Positions 1 to 13,049 of a stretch of DNA of 64,000 bases are shown one piece after another (position 1 is the first letter of the stretch; every line of letters begins with the position of its first letter). The position numbers and the translations under genes are program-made. The notes beneath the pieces are model-generated. The model had not been told where the DNA came from and made no database searches. It saw only the letters and a list, made by a program, of their open reading frames with translations. The stretch lies in contig NIVC01000862.1 of assembly GCA_002269645.1 (NCBI GenBank), forward strand, positions 186,001 to 250,000, read 5' to 3'. The stretch comes from Macrostomum lignano (taxonomy: Eukaryota).

Positions 1-621
1 GATAAATTTAACCCAAGAGCAATTCTGTCAGAGATGTAGTGGAGTGATAAATTTCCAGCATTCAGAGCTCTATGGAGCAGAAATTGAATCTAACCAAAGT
101 CATGCTTGACTAACCAAATTCATGTCATTCTAAACATTGGGTATCATAGATAATCAATCCCATATTATACTCATAGAGTTGAGTAGATGCTGTGAACCTA
201 ACGGTAATTCTATAAGCCAGTGAACTTATAACTTCTTCGAAGATATTCATGTTTGAAAAAAAACAAGTAATGAATTCAACAAAGTCCAAGAAAGTGCAAA
301 AGCTTTCATTAAAAGCAACCATCAATCCATTATATTTCTGGTAAAGCATTTCCCAATGCAAAAAATCATGCTCGTTAGTCACCCTACTAATTAAAGCTGC
401 TTATTAAAGCTTTATTATAAGAATAAGTTTGAATAGTAAGCCTAAATGATTTTCTTTTTCACTTTGCTTAGGATATTAATGAGAAACCTGTATGAGCACG
501 ATGAGGTGCAACGTAATTACGCTCGTAGTTAATATTTATGCAGGGTAGAATGCATTGGTTTTCGGCTAAAAATATACAAATCTCGTTTCCCCTACTTTTA
601 AATACTTTGAACTGGGACACT

Positions 622-1608
622 TTAAGAGCTACTTAAGCGAATGCGAGTTCCTCCCCCAAGGTCAATAAAATACTCGCCCTCGACTCTGCTCGGTAGTACC
701 AGCTGAATGCAGAGTGACGGTGGCATCGGTGGCATGGCTGCTACGACTGGGATGTCACCGGTTTGGATTTCTGGTGCAGCCGGTGGAGTAGGAGGTTCGA
801 ATTCTCGCAGGAGATCGGTTAGGCTTGCTTCTGCCATCATTCTGGCTTGCTCCATTTTTTTTCCTGCGACTGGAACAGGCCTGTAGGGTGGCATCTGTTG
901 CTGCTCAGCTTCTTCATTTGCCATCTCAACAGGCTCCAACTCGATATCCTGGAAGAAGGCAGTATCCAACTCCGAAGGAGCTGCAAAACCAGTGGAATCG
1001 TCAGCCGGGTGGCCGGCATCAGCAGTTGGAAGCCCGGCACCGTCAGCGGGGAGGCCGGCATCAGCAGTTGGAAGGCCGGCACCGTCAGCGGGGAGGCCGG
1101 CATCAGTAGTTGGAAGGCCGGCACCGTCAGCTGGGAGGCCGGCATCAGTAGTTGGAAGGCCGGCACCGGTTGAACCAAAAAAATCTGATTGCTGCTCCAC
1201 AGCGGCAAGTGCAGCAGCAAGCAGATCAAAGTTTGCGTCGGTAGCGTGCTGAAAATCTTCATCAGGCTGCTGAAAGACGCCCTGAATTGTCTGGCTGAGT
1301 GCGCTGACCGGTGCTCGACTGCGCTCGATAATGTTGAGCTGCTCTTGACGCTGGGCAGCCTCCAAGGCAGCAAAGCGGGCTCGTTTTAAATCTCCAGGTG
1401 AGCTCCAGTTAATAATAATGTGGTTTTTGTGAGCTCGAACTTGCTGGCGCACATTAAAGAGCTCACGCGTCTGGCACTCGTGGCAAAGCAGCCAGCGACT
1501 GACATTGCAGCTGCTTTTCATTTTGTGACGTTTTAAGCCACCGAGCTCACATGAGTTGCAGGAAATGCATACCTCGTACACATATGAAGGGCAGCGCGAT
1601 TTATTCAT
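622..1608 (-). CDS. Orphan single-exon ORF (328 aa) with Cys/His-rich N-terminus and 14-aa tandem repeats
   Basis: Long GC-rich ORF in AT-rich flanks. N-terminus has CISCNSC..LKRH..C and CHEC-x13-H-x2-H (zinc-finger-like), followed by an acidic/Pro-rich region. No family recognised. Confidence 0.55.
   Translation of the reverse strand: MNKSRCPSYVYEVCISCNSCELGGLKRHKMKSSCNVSRWLLCHECQTRELFNVRQQVRAHKNHIIINWSSPGDLKRARFAALEAAQRQEQLNIIERSRAPVSALSQTIQGVFQQPDEDFQHATDANFDLLAAALAAVEQQSDFFGSTGAGLPTTDAGLPADGAGLPTTDAGLPADGAGLPTADAGLPADGAGLPTADAGHPADDSTGFAAPSELDTAFFQDIELEPVEMANEEAEQQQMPPYRPVPVAGKKMEQARMMAEASLTDLLREFEPPTPPAAPEIQTGDIPVVAAMPPMPPSLCIQLVLPSRVEGEYFIDLGGGTRIRLSSS
999..1167. repeat. Coding minisatellite, 42-bp unit x4 (dimer of related 21-bp halves)
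   Basis: Encodes GLPTTDAGLPADGA-like repeats in the 622..1608 ORF. Confidence 0.9.
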
Positions 1609-1748
1609 TCCAAATTTTTAAATGTTTGAATAGAAAAATCAAATTGAAGTTAAATTCAAATTAGAAGTAGAAACTTATGTCCCGTATTCAAGTATACGGT
1701 GTCTTATATACCTCGCTTATTCGAATCTGCGTTAATAAAAACATAGCC

Positions 1749-1795
1749 GCTATGTTTACAGCTTAGCTATGTTTACAGCTTAGCTATGTTTACAG
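1749..1795. promoter_or_regulatory. 17-bp unit x3, each carrying TGTTTAC (Forkhead-type core)
   Basis: TGTTTAC at 1753, 1770 and 1787, about 150-190 bp upstream of the ATG at 1608 (minus strand). Function is inferred only. Confidence 0.3.
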
Positions 1796-2048
1796 TCAGT
1801 AACCCAGCCGTCTCAGAAACCGGGTTTTTTAAAATAATTTTATTAGAAAACCCAGGTACAGAGCCTCTATTGAAAGCATACATGTACAAAAGTTCCTTTG
1901 CACTTGCCGCCAACTGGAACTCCCGACCAGACTGGGGAGCAATAAAACTGATAACTATTGAGCGTCCAATTCCATTTAGCAACACACCCACCACCCCAAG
2001 AAAGGGGGAGATGCTTGGCTATTATAATCTTATTAAAGCAGCATCTTG

Positions 2049-2091
2049 TTATTGAAACTTTTGCCTAATTAATAGGCAAAAGTTTCAATAA
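2049..2091. repeat. Perfect palindrome, 19-bp arms and 5-nt loop
   Basis: ttattgaaacttttgccta-attaa-taggcaaaagtttcaataa. Confidence 0.9.
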
Positions 2092-3348
2092 ATTCCAAAA
2101 TTCCAAAATCCTTAAATTCCAAAATCAAGTGATTTTTTCAACAGTTGGTAGCTCAAATTTTAGACATGAATTGCAAATTGATTTTATTGTAATCATTGAA
2201 ATAAAGACACGCCCCTCCTCCTTTTACGATACCCGATTGAATATTAAATGTCATTCAGAAGCAAAGCATTGCCTGGTTTTATGAACCGAACCGCCTGTGT
2301 CCGTCGTAGCAGAACACACATTTGCCAATACTCATTCATTGCGGTTAACGGAATTCCCGCGGAGCCCCACCCCATTCGCAAATACTTTCACCAATGTACT
2401 CTCACTAGGAGGTCTCACGGAATTTCCATGGCCTGCCCTGCGGCAGAGTCGCTCAATGGATTTACATAGGGCCGTATGTTCACTCACTAGGGCCCATGGC
2501 TTTTCCACGGAAATTCCTGCGGCAGAGTTCTGTTATCCCATACTACTACTGTGGGAGAGACGGATGTGGTCGTCCGCTGAGCGACACCACGCCACGCAGA
2601 TGGAGATGCAGCAGATGTCAAAAGCAATTGTGATCTCCCTGCATAATCGATCCTCTCCGCTAGAGAAACAATGGAAGTCGAACAATAGCAGACTTCATCT
2701 TTTGCTATTCAAATTGCCCAAGTCATACATCCGCAAAGTTCTGGGTCGGAGGTGGATTCCGAATTCTCCAGTTTCAAAGAAAATCTTTCCTTGGGAATCC
2801 TTGGGTACGTTGGTTTAGGCGGGGCGGGTGGGCTCCGAGGCAAATACATGTAGAGGAAAACTGACTGACTGAATTAACAGACTTCTGACTGAGTGCCTAC
2901 AACAGGGATAATACTCGTACTACTGAACGGGCATCATTATTCGATAAAACAAAAATTTATAGGTTCAAGCAGCCAAGGTCTTCTGGAATGAACAAGGCGC
3001 AACGTAGCTCGTAAATAATTCACTTATCATTGGAAATATTAAAAAACCAAGAAAATTCAAGATTTAAACACAAATACATGTATAGCCTGATTAATAAAAT
3101 AGAGCTTCTAAATGCGACTCGTATTTAAATACATATCGAGTTTCCTGCACAATTTTACATGAAAGCATCTTCCATTTATAGAAATGGTAGAAGAAAACGG
3201 AAATACACGAAATTCGAATGCAATGCTAATATTTCATTAGCTTTATTTGATTTTTCCTTCTGTAAATATTTTTACCACACCGCAACACAAAAAATGTATC
3301 GCAGGTAATCACAAAAGGGATGTTTTATTTAGGCTTTTCCTTCCAGAA

Positions 3349-3687
3349 TGTGACGAATAAAGGCCGGAAGACGGTTTTGTGTAGCGGGTAATTAGATAGT
3401 TCACGATTTAGTTTAGCAGATCGGCAGGCCGCTTCCACCCTTAGACTTAAAGTGTTGCTTAAGACAGCTTAGATTTAGATATATAGAAAATTGCTAGGAT
3501 CGGGATCAGTTGATTAATTGGTGGGCCGAGGTAGGCGGCGGAAGAGTTGAGGCAAGGAGGCCGGATAGCTTAGGGGTTTGCAAGCCTAGAGCGAGAAGCG
3601 AAGCAAAGAGGGAGGGAAGTGCAAGAGCGCGAGCGGCCGCTGACTGTAGTGTAAGCATATATTTAATTGGTAGGTAAACAGATAACA
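3349..3687. mobile_element. Possible solo LTR
   Basis: TGTGAC...TAACA termini, GC-richer than the flanks, near-matching 4-bp flanks agaa/acaa. Confidence 0.3.
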
Positions 3688-4044
3688 ACAACACCCCTAA
3701 TCCAAAACCCAGTCAAGCCCCCACGCGCAATGTAAATGTAAAAATTAATCAAGAAAATATATCGTGCAAGAAAATCATAACGTCAGTACATGTACGAGTA
3801 CATAGATAGAACTACTTTACGAGAAATAACAACGATATGAATGAAATACAAATAATAGAATAAATACATACGAGGCTATGAAAACAAACAATTAACAGCA
3901 AAATAACCGCGATAATAATACGTATGGAATATTGTTAAAATTAATGAAAGAATACAGTACAGATGCTTCTACGAAATTACGAATTACATTGTCACAAGAA
4001 GATTAACTAAACTCTAAATCTTAAACGGGCCTTTTACGAGCGTA

Positions 4045-4245
4045 AAGTTCATAGATTCGCATCTCGCTGTTCAGCGCATAAGCTAGCAGAAAGCGGTGCA
4101 GCTGAAATTGGCCACACAGAGGACAGCTCCGTCAGATTCTCTCGGTTACACTCGACGCCGTTCACCTGCAGCGAGAATTCATTGAACCGGTAGGCGCAGC
4201 AGTCCTGTCTGTTGTAGATGGTAACGCAAGAGACAAAACGATGTA
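4045..4245 (-). pseudogene. Locus A: truncated, frameshifted F-type lectin exon relic
   Basis: Reads FVSCVTIYNRQDCCAYRFNEFSLQVNGVECNR, then a 2-nt shift to VANFSCTAFC*. Very similar to exon 2 of locus B. No 5' half and no PAN exon found. Confidence 0.85.
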
Positions 4246-5178
4246 GCGGCCAGCTGCCCCTCTCACCGTCCCACCATTGATTTCCAGCTTGTAGAGTGTG
4301 GCTGCACGATCCCCCAAAAATTGACTTGCATGTGCTTCCGTCGATAGGTTTTCAACAGTGTCCAGCTTCATTGTTATAATCCGAGCAATAGTTGCACAAG
4401 AACTCTCTCTCTCTCTCTCTCTCTCTTTCTCTAACACTACTGCGAGCTACATCTCTTGCGAATTTCGAAAAGATCTGTTTAGAGAAAGCATCGGTAAGAT
4501 GGGATGATATTGTAATTAAGTTTTTACTACTTTTCTTTATAATCCACCCACCGTTCGTTGCGGGTATCCTGATACAATTGCTTTATCACGGTAAGCGATG
4601 GATAAACTTGAAGTAAACTTTGACTGAACTATGAGTAAACTACGAGTAAACTAAGAAAACCAAGGGTAAACTCTGGTTTCACTTTACATGTACATTACGT
4701 GCGCAACTTACTGAAAATGGACGTCGATAGGATGATAAACGATTCGCCATTGATTGCTGGTAAAGGCAGACGCGTTGAACAGTCGGCACGAATCAACCAG
4801 GCAGTAGAATCCGAAGCAGACTGCACAGAACTAAGCAGTCTGCCAAGCTTCATTTTTGAAAAAGTAAGCTCGGATAGAGTACACCATGATAGTCAAAGCC
4901 ATGTAGTATCAGGAAAATCAGTCACAGAACGCTTTACGTCCTTTTTTAAATCTTGTATTTTACAAAAGTATTGTATGCAGCTAGACCTAAAGTGAAGGCT
5001 GATTTTTATCGCTCTTGGATTGGATTTAAAACTTTTGAGTTCTAATTTCAAAGGCGAAAATGGAAAAAAATGACTGTTATAATGATCTTAGTTGATCGCT
5101 TATCGTCTTCACGGTCCTCGGTTTAGTAGTCAACTGGACTACTAGCAAAGTGCTCAGCTGTGAATTCGAATGGATGTG

Positions 5179-5667
5179 TATAATAACACCCGCCTCGATT
5201 TTGTTCTATGGGAAAGAAAGTCCGAGGATGCGTTTCTCAGGCCGAGGCGAAGCCGAGTCTATGAATGCATGGACTTTTATACTTAGCATCTGGACTGGTA
5301 GCGAAAAAATTCGCGTTACCACATGAGGCCATCAGAAATGTATTTAATTTTTTATCGCGAGGCAACGACGCAAATTCAAACTGATTAATTTTATATTCAG
5401 GAAGGACTACTTGTGATTGGGAACGAATTATATACATATGTTGTTATATATATTAGCAGTGTGCAGAGAAAAAGATGCCATAGAAGTATAGAAGTCCATG
5501 ATGAATGTCTCTCCTGCGCTCTAAACTTGCGTTTCCGTCTTTCTAACTGAAGCAGACTAGATGGTAACTACACTGACACTACTTTTGGAAATGTGTCGAT
5601 GGTACAAATGTGGGGGCTTTACCCCCACACCCCTCTCGAGCACAAAATCGAGGCGGGTGTTATTATA
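5179..5667. mobile_element. MITE-like element with perfect 26-bp terminal inverted repeats
   Basis: tataataacacccgcctcgattttgt (5179-5204) and its reverse complement (5642-5667). No coding capacity. Confidence 0.75.
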
Positions 5668-6228
5668 TATACACTTCTTCTGTGAGCGCGTGATCAATCT
5701 AGACAAGCTTTCGATTCGGAATTACAGCAGAACTAAAAGCACTTTTAACCACAAAATATATTCCTGCACAACTTTACCTGCACATTAGACTCAGTTCTTG
5801 GAAAATCATCAATGATGATTGCAGAATTGCTGCACAGCAAAGGCAAATCGTAAAAGATCTTGACACACCTCTTATGTTATCTTCTTGTAGACAAACTCTT
5901 CTTTAATTTTGTTGTGTCTAAATAAAGTTTCAAAGCCAAATAACAAATTCGTTTCGGATGCAATCAAGAGTTTTTGGTTTATTGAGGCTTAAACTTTTAG
6001 TAATTTGAGTTTAACTGAGTAATTTGTTCAGTCAAGTTCAGTTACAAGGATCTGTCTACGCTCGTAAAGTGTCATTGATAGCTTTACTCGATGCTCAATT
6101 GAAGAGGCTTATCTGATTGTGTTGATTTATTAGAAACAATGAGGTCATTTGTCGATTTTTTGTCTACATGTATCTTGCTTTGATATTCAGACCAGATCTA
6201 GGAGTTTGACATCGCCGTCATTGTTACA

Positions 6229-7762
6229 TCACACAATCCCATAAATCTCTATTTCACAGATTGTAAGAGCATATGGCAGAAGGCTCTGCACCTGAACTCG
6301 GCTGCCGAAGGCGTTGCAGCTGAAGTTGGCTAGAGAGAACGGCTCCGTCAGGTTCACTCGGTTGCATTCGACTCCGTCCACCTGCAGCGAGAATTTTCTC
6401 AGCCGGTAGGCGCAGCAGTCCTGTCTGTTGTAGATGGTGACGTAGGAAACAAGAGCAGAAGCAGAAATTTGTGTTATCCACCACTGGCCGTAGCCGTTTT
6501 TAGTGTGGGAGCAGGATCCCGTGGTGTAATCTTGGCCAGTGTTGCCGTCTATAGCTCGGGTGCAGACGCCATCGTGAGTCAGGCTGCTCTGCTCGCAGTT
6601 TGAAGTGTTCAAACGACGCGGTTCTAAGATTTGATAGCGGGATTGATTATTTTAGCCGTCATGAGATTTAGGAGTTATTTACACAGTTTTTAACAGTAAA
6701 AGTACAAAAAAATAGCCGCGTTTTTTATACAAAGTAAAATTCGCCCCCCTCTCTAGAAAAGTTTTGCTGCTCCTGAACGGAGCAACGAAGCAAAGGAGCA
6801 ACTTGATGTCGCTAGCTATCTGGAACGTTCAGATAGTCAATGATTCTGCCAAGACGGCTACCTGCAGAAGGTGCCGACGGCGTCGGGGTGATGACTGAGT
6901 ACTTAAGAAACTGTTGAAAGCAACTCGCAGTTGAGATTTGCACACTGTCGAGGCTTCATCTGTGCCATAGTGCACAGCAGGTCCGTTTCCAAAGCACCCT
7001 GGTGCTATTTTTTTGAAGATTTGGATAAGGCCAGTGGCTGCCAAAATCAGATATCGGCGTGCTAATGAAATTTGAAAGCATTGCAAGACCGCACTGAGGC
7101 ACAGTGCTGATTGGTACACTAGGTGTATGGAACACATGGGCGCTTATTGAAAAACAAGACATTCTGGCAGAACGTTGGTGAGCGCCCCTGTCTCTTAGTG
7201 AGAGCCCCCTCTGTCTCTTGGTGGGTGTCCCTGGCTCTTGGTAAGTGCCACAAGCCTGTCTTTTAGACCGGTTGATGCCATGTCCAAAAAGTAACAAAAG
7301 TGTAGGCACTGCGATTCGTCGAGCTTGCGTGGTTGGCCTTATCATGCAGTTTTTGGAGGTTTTCGTGTAGCGAAATTTTTTTGGGGGCCGCGGCCAATTT
7401 GTCTACTGTTGCTACTCCAATTGTCTATATTCGTGTTATTATTCCGATCAAAGCTCACCGAGATGTCTCTTGTAAACATCGAATTTGCAGTCAACAGCAT
7501 CACACTTGTCCCAAGTCGAATTATAAAATGCGGAGAGATTGAAGAACTGACACAGTCCCTGGATCCAGCTGAAGCCGAAGCAGCCCAACACTTGATTCGT
7601 GCATTTTCTAGCGCAAAACAGCGGGTTTTCGCCCTGCACCACCTCCTCCATCGATGGGGGAGCAACTGGGCTGCTGGATTTAACGATTAAATAGGTAGCA
7701 ATGGTTGCCATGGTGATTCTACTGGCAGAAAGGAATAGAAGTATTATAACTTTATTTCGCAT
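6229..7762 (-). CDS. Locus B: secreted PAN/Apple + F-type lectin protein (intact)
   Basis: Exons 7459..7762 and 6229..6623, phase-1 intron (G|GTGAGC ... CTTAG|AA). Signal peptide; CARKC..CFGFSW..LC; AIDG; CSHT-x-RQDCCAYR matches the H-x26-R-x-D-x4-R motif. Confidence 0.9.
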
Positions 7763-8989
7763 GATTAACCACTTAGTCAATTTCGGTTTTATGAATAATT
7801 TCAGTTGTAGATTCCTGAAAAAGCCTGAATATTCCGTCTGTTTCTGATCTCTGCCTTTACAATTGATTAGGTTTGAACGCTTTGCATTTGCTTGGATGAC
7901 CTTGGATTTTGATTGGCCACTATGAATGCATGTTAATACATTACTTTTCTACTTGCAGTAACTAATCATGATAAAATTATTTCGACTGGCTTTTTACCAT
8001 GGTCATAGTCTTCTTTCCAAACCAGCTATATGCAGTATTCTAAATCCTTTGATTATTTAAGTATTAAGTATTTGAGTATTTAAACAGAAATAACATCTTC
8101 CTATTCCGAATAAATCTCATTATGAATCAGTCCGACGATTCAAGTACTCTCTGCAGAGGCTGTTGTAACATAGCAAATGATATATTTCGCCATTTTTTCT
8201 TAGTTTTATGCTTGCACCTTAGAATTTTAGAAGCTTTGGTTTAAAACAGGGGTCGGCCGGCAAGCTTCGGCCTGCGGCCACGAAGCCTCTCTATACGGCC
8301 CTCAGGTCCTTTGTGTTGTGTCTTTTGTTTTTTTATGACTAGTCAAAGGAACAAGTCACGAACTTAAGACTATATTAAAACCAGCCGATCTTCGACTCTT
8401 GTCTCATTATATATTTATTTCTGCAAGCCTAGCTTGCTCTCGTTACACGTAGATTGCTAAAGCGTACGGTGCACTGGGAGGCAAACCATTTTGTTTATGG
8501 TTCAGCTTGGCTTATAGCCACAGCACTTTGAAACTTCACAATAGCAATTCGGGTCCGCTCAAGTCTTGTGTCTGTTCTTAGCTGCCTCCTTTTCTCCCTC
8601 TGTTTTCTCATATCCCATCTCCCCTCTCTCTTCTCTTCCCTCCTCTCCCGTCTCCTTTCTCATCTCCCCACTTTACCCTCTCTTCTTTTTCTATTCTCTC
8701 TGGTCTGCAGTCATGAGCTGGATTCTGTATCTGGCCCTTAATTTAAAAGTGTTTGCTTACCCCCGAGTTTCAAGGTAAGTGACCAGAAATATTTGTTTTT
8801 TAAAACATACTCTTGGAACTTTTGTTCGCTTCAGTTAGTGACTCGTTAAAGCGCATTTACGTTAACGTTAAGAAATTGGAATCTCTATGTGACAACGACA
8901 TAGGATTATAATAAAATCGAACTTTACTATTTCAAATTATTTTGTTCAGTAAGTTTAATTGTTGGTGACGACATTTGCATGCTCTAGTC

Positions 8990-10347
8990 GTAAATTTCAA
9001 ACCCTCAAATCGTTAAGAAATGTAGCCTGCAAGTTTTGCACGCGGACCATGCTGCCGAAGGCGTTGCAGCTGAAGTTGGCCACGGAGAACGGCTTCGTCA
9101 GGTTTACTCGGTTGCACTCAACGTCGTCCACCTGCAGTGAGAAGTGGTTGAGCCGCTAAGCGCAGCAGTCCTGCCTGTTGTAGATGGTGACGTACTTGAT
9201 GTGTTGTCTCTTTGCGAGCTGCATCTCCCACACCACTGGTTGGCGGCAGATTCTGTAGCGCTGCAAATGCTAGAATTGAACTGGTCCCTGTTGCCATCGA
9301 TGGCTAGGTCACAGCTATGCGTTGTGTGCATTGAGCTCTGGTTACAGCCGGTGGTACGTAGAACAGCGCGTTCTGGAATACGTTTTAAACCATACGAGCA
9401 TATACATGTAAATGCTAATTTTTACTGATGCTAGCTCGTAAGAATACCAATAACAGTGTCCCGCACAACGGAATCCCGTACAGCAATCCGATGTTGGCTG
9501 ACAAATATGTATTTCTACATTATACCGACGTTCAACCGACGTATGACGTCTTTATCCGTCGATGAAATGTAGCGTCGGATTGCTGTACAAAACCAGACTT
9601 TTCAAGTTTTCCTGTTGATATTAGGGTATTCAGGGGCGTCGCCAAGGGGTGGATGACAGGGGGGGACATGTCCCCCCCCCCCCAGTAAAAGATCTGGGGG
9701 GACATGCCAGTGCTTTGTGCCCCCCACCCCACCTTGTGGCCCATTGTGGAAATCAATAATTTTGCTGCATGGCGACAAAAACGTAGCGCCTACGGCGCTA
9801 AAATGAGTGCCTGCGGCGCTAAAATGAGTGCTTTTGGCGCTAAAATGAGTGCTTGCGGTGCTAAAATGAGTGCCTGCGGTGCTAAAATGAGTAGGATGCA
9901 GGATTATAAAATGTAGAATTCTTGGCTTTGTCCCCCCACCATAAAATCCATGGCGACGCCCATCAGGGTATTGCTAAAACTATGGGCTACCTCAGGCTTC
10001 CCTCATGGCCTCTTGTCGCGTCGATTTGCAGCGGCAATTAGTAAAGCATACCTTTTCCGTAAGCTCGTGTGTAGAGGCTACATTTGGATGAATTTTGCCA
10101 GTCTGCTCGAAGATAGGCACTGACATTGAACAGCCTGCACAGATTGCGTTACCCAGCTGAAACCGAAGCAAGCTGTCTGTTGGCTACACCTGACTGCACA
10201 GGCTACTCTATTGCCGACTGATGCAGCCTCCATGGCAGTTGAAGCTGTGCCACTGTCCTTTTTAACCAAATCAAACTTGACCTGCTGCGAGCTGTTGAAT
10301 GATAAAATTACGAGTATTGGCCACGAGAATAGGATTGTGGAACACAT
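8990..10347 (-). pseudogene. Locus C: PAN + F-type lectin pseudogene
   Basis: Exon 1 (10052..10347) has a +1 frameshift after CFGFSWV. Exon 2 (from 9372) has a 2-nt insertion at QW-W, an in-frame TAG in RQDCCA*RL and a further 3' shift. CSAT replaces CSHT. Confidence 0.85.
9631..9964. mobile_element. Non-autonomous hAT-type element in the intron of locus C
   Basis: TIRs CAGGGGCGTCGCCA / TGGCGACGCCCATC, perfect 8-bp TSD AGGGTATT (9623-9630 and 9965-9972), internal 21-bp minisatellite of about 5 units. Confidence 0.85.
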
Positions 10348-12303
10348 TTTTGCTAAAGTTCTTTAGTGGAGCTGCTCTTTGGACACGAGAACGAATGATA
10401 ACTCTTTTATACTGTCATTCTTGTCGATTCCTATTGGTTTCAGTTTTTTCCCCGCCAAACTCGATAAATCTTTTAACGATATTTGCCGATGAAAAGCAAA
10501 CTTTTAAATTTGAGAGCGCCGACTTTACTCGTTTACCACTGTTTCAATGAATTTTAAATTATATTTTTACGGGGTGATATTTACTCCTAGTTAACAGCAA
10601 GATAACAACCAGTAAAAGGCGTGAATTGAAGCAGGTGCGAACTGTTGGACATTGATTTTATTTATTTTACCGTTTGCCAAAAAGCTTCCCATTGGTGTTT
10701 GCCGTCGCTAATACGCTTATTATAGTGAATTTAGGATAGAGAAATTCGATTTCACAAATACATATCGTATACTAGCTGTCAAAGTAAATCGATGACGATA
10801 TATCATACTAGTTCTAATTTTCCAAGTCGTATACTATTTAACAAAGTGCTGCCATTACAAACATTTCCTCATTTCTCCCCCTGTTTCATGTATCTCATAT
10901 GTTTACCATTTTTTATCTGAATTCTGCTTTTGGTCTGAGGTTCGCGTCTCATGCTGTCTCAAGCCAAAACTGGCCCAGTCCTCAGCAGTGCCCTCTGTTG
11001 TTTCATGCCACAGCTCCGACTAAGTGGCAGACTTTAGCAATATGCTACTGTCATCAGTAATGTTTTCGCATTAGAATCCATAGAAAACTACACGAATACG
11101 AGCTAGTGAAACGGAACATTGTTTTAGTATTAATTAAATAGCTGACGTATAATTTGTTTTACTTAAACAGCATTTAAATCGCACAATGCTGAGGCCCTTT
11201 CGTACGAGACAGAAACTCGGGACGATTTTATTACGAGCGTACTTTATTATATTTTAAGATTTGAGACCACATTTGCTACTACTTTACCTGTCTCGTTTAT
11301 TTCGTTTTTGATCGACTACGTGTTCAAGAATGTCAGTTCAGCACATTTGTGCGTTTTTCAGTCCTTTCTGCAGGCTAGAGGGGAGTTATACGAGCGTAAA
11401 AATGAGAATGGGACCACCGCATTAGGATAAAACAATAAAACAACGCCTTCCCCATGTACGCTTACCCAGCACAACTTTAACTTTTACCAGTCAATCAACG
11501 ATGAAATTCCAACTCCTTGACATTTTTGTCACTGCTAAATGCACTCCCGTGCATCAATCCAATGTCAGCAGCGCTGTCCGACCTCTCGACTTTCCAACAC
11601 ATCGATTTGGCTAGCAAATTGGTACTTTTAAACTGCACTGCCGTTCAGCTGACGTATAATTTCGGCATTCGTCGGCGTAATGTGTGAAAAAGCATTTCCC
11701 AGCGATGTCGAGTAAGTTGGGTAAATCAGCGGCTATTGGAGTGTCGATTTATGATTGAAGCACTCTTCAACGTTTCGGAATTTTTAATTGAGGCTTAAGA
11801 ATCCGCGCTTTTACTTTTTTTGCATGCGTAGTATGTATTTTTTTATATATTTGAATGCGTCAGAGTTGGTTGCATCTACGGCTGGTAAAGGAAAAATAAT
11901 TTTTGAGACGGAGTCCTGACGTAGCTATCCATATAGTTGGAATTATTCGAAGTCCAGTTTTATTGAATACTCGTAATGTAGAATAACTTTTTGAGAACTT
12001 GAAAACTTAAAAAAGTTTGAAGTGGAATAAAGGGTTAGAAGAATAATTTGTTTTTAAAATTAGCAGAAAAGTAGAAAATATCAAAGCTGAAATCTAAGAC
12101 TATCACTTTTTGGCTTTAAGTTGGAGTGAAGATATATACGTTGTAGGATAAAATTTTTTAAGAAGTGCACAAAAACAAGTAAAAATATCACCTACAATTT
12201 AAGCGGTTCTTTGATTCTATACGCTCGTACGTTTGCTAATTTAGCGATTGCAAATCATTGTTCAGCCACAAGCTATTCGAACTAAGAGTGATGCCGCAGA
12301 ATT

Positions 12304-13049
12304 TTAGTATACCTCAACTTCGCACAAAATTAGATAATTTGTGACGAGACTTTGGACTCGAACTCGGCTCCCGAAGGCGTTGCAGCTGAAGTTTCCAATG
12401 GAGAAGGGCACCGTCAGGTTCACTCGGTTGCACTCGACGCCGTCCACCTGCAGCGATAATTTGTTGAGCCACTCCTGACAGCACTCCTGCCTGTTGTAGA
12501 TGGTGACATACTTGATCCAAGTAGCGTTGACCAATTCCACTTCCCACCACTCGTTTGGACCATTTTGCGTGATGCTGCAGAGAGCTGTCAGTTGCGACCT
12601 GTTTCCGTCAATCGCGCTCTCGCAAACGCTTAGGTGATTCGTAGTGGAGTACGTGGAACTCTGCGTGCAGTTGGCTGCTCTCTTCTTCTGGGGCACTGAA
12701 AATTTCAATACGGCAATACAAAACTACATCTCTATGTTATAGATATGAGTCGAAAATTTTACTTACTAGGTAGAATAAAAACGTCGCAGTTGTTGCAGCC
12801 CGTCCAGGCATTCTCATAGGAGCTAATGTTAAAAAGACCACAAAGATTTTGCAGCCAATTAAAGCCAAAGCAGCCAGTAATTTCAGCGCATTTCATAGCG
12901 CAGTCGATCGAACTGAAGCCGGGCACGGATTTAGCGACCGCTGGAGCCTCGGATGCACCCATTTTTACCACTTGAAAAACAGGATCCTGAGTTGACGGTC
13001 GAGCAGCCAGGATGACCACCAAAGCTAAGAGTAGAGTTTTCGAGGGCAT
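12304..13049 (-). CDS. Locus D: secreted PAN/Apple + F-type lectin-fold protein (intact ORF, non-canonical sugar site)
   Basis: Exons 12767..13049 and 12304..12695, 71-nt phase-1 intron (A|GTAAGT ... TTCAG|TG). CSIT and RQECCQEW replace the H..RxD..R motif. Confidence 0.9.

Noticed and set aside
125-382. 85-aa ORF at the window start
   Set aside because: AT-rich, non-ATG start and no recognisable motif.
837-1373. Overlapping ORFs 825..1109, 837..1373, 847..1173, 992..1252
   Set aside because: Alternate-frame or antisense shadows of the GC-rich 622..1608 ORF and its repeat.
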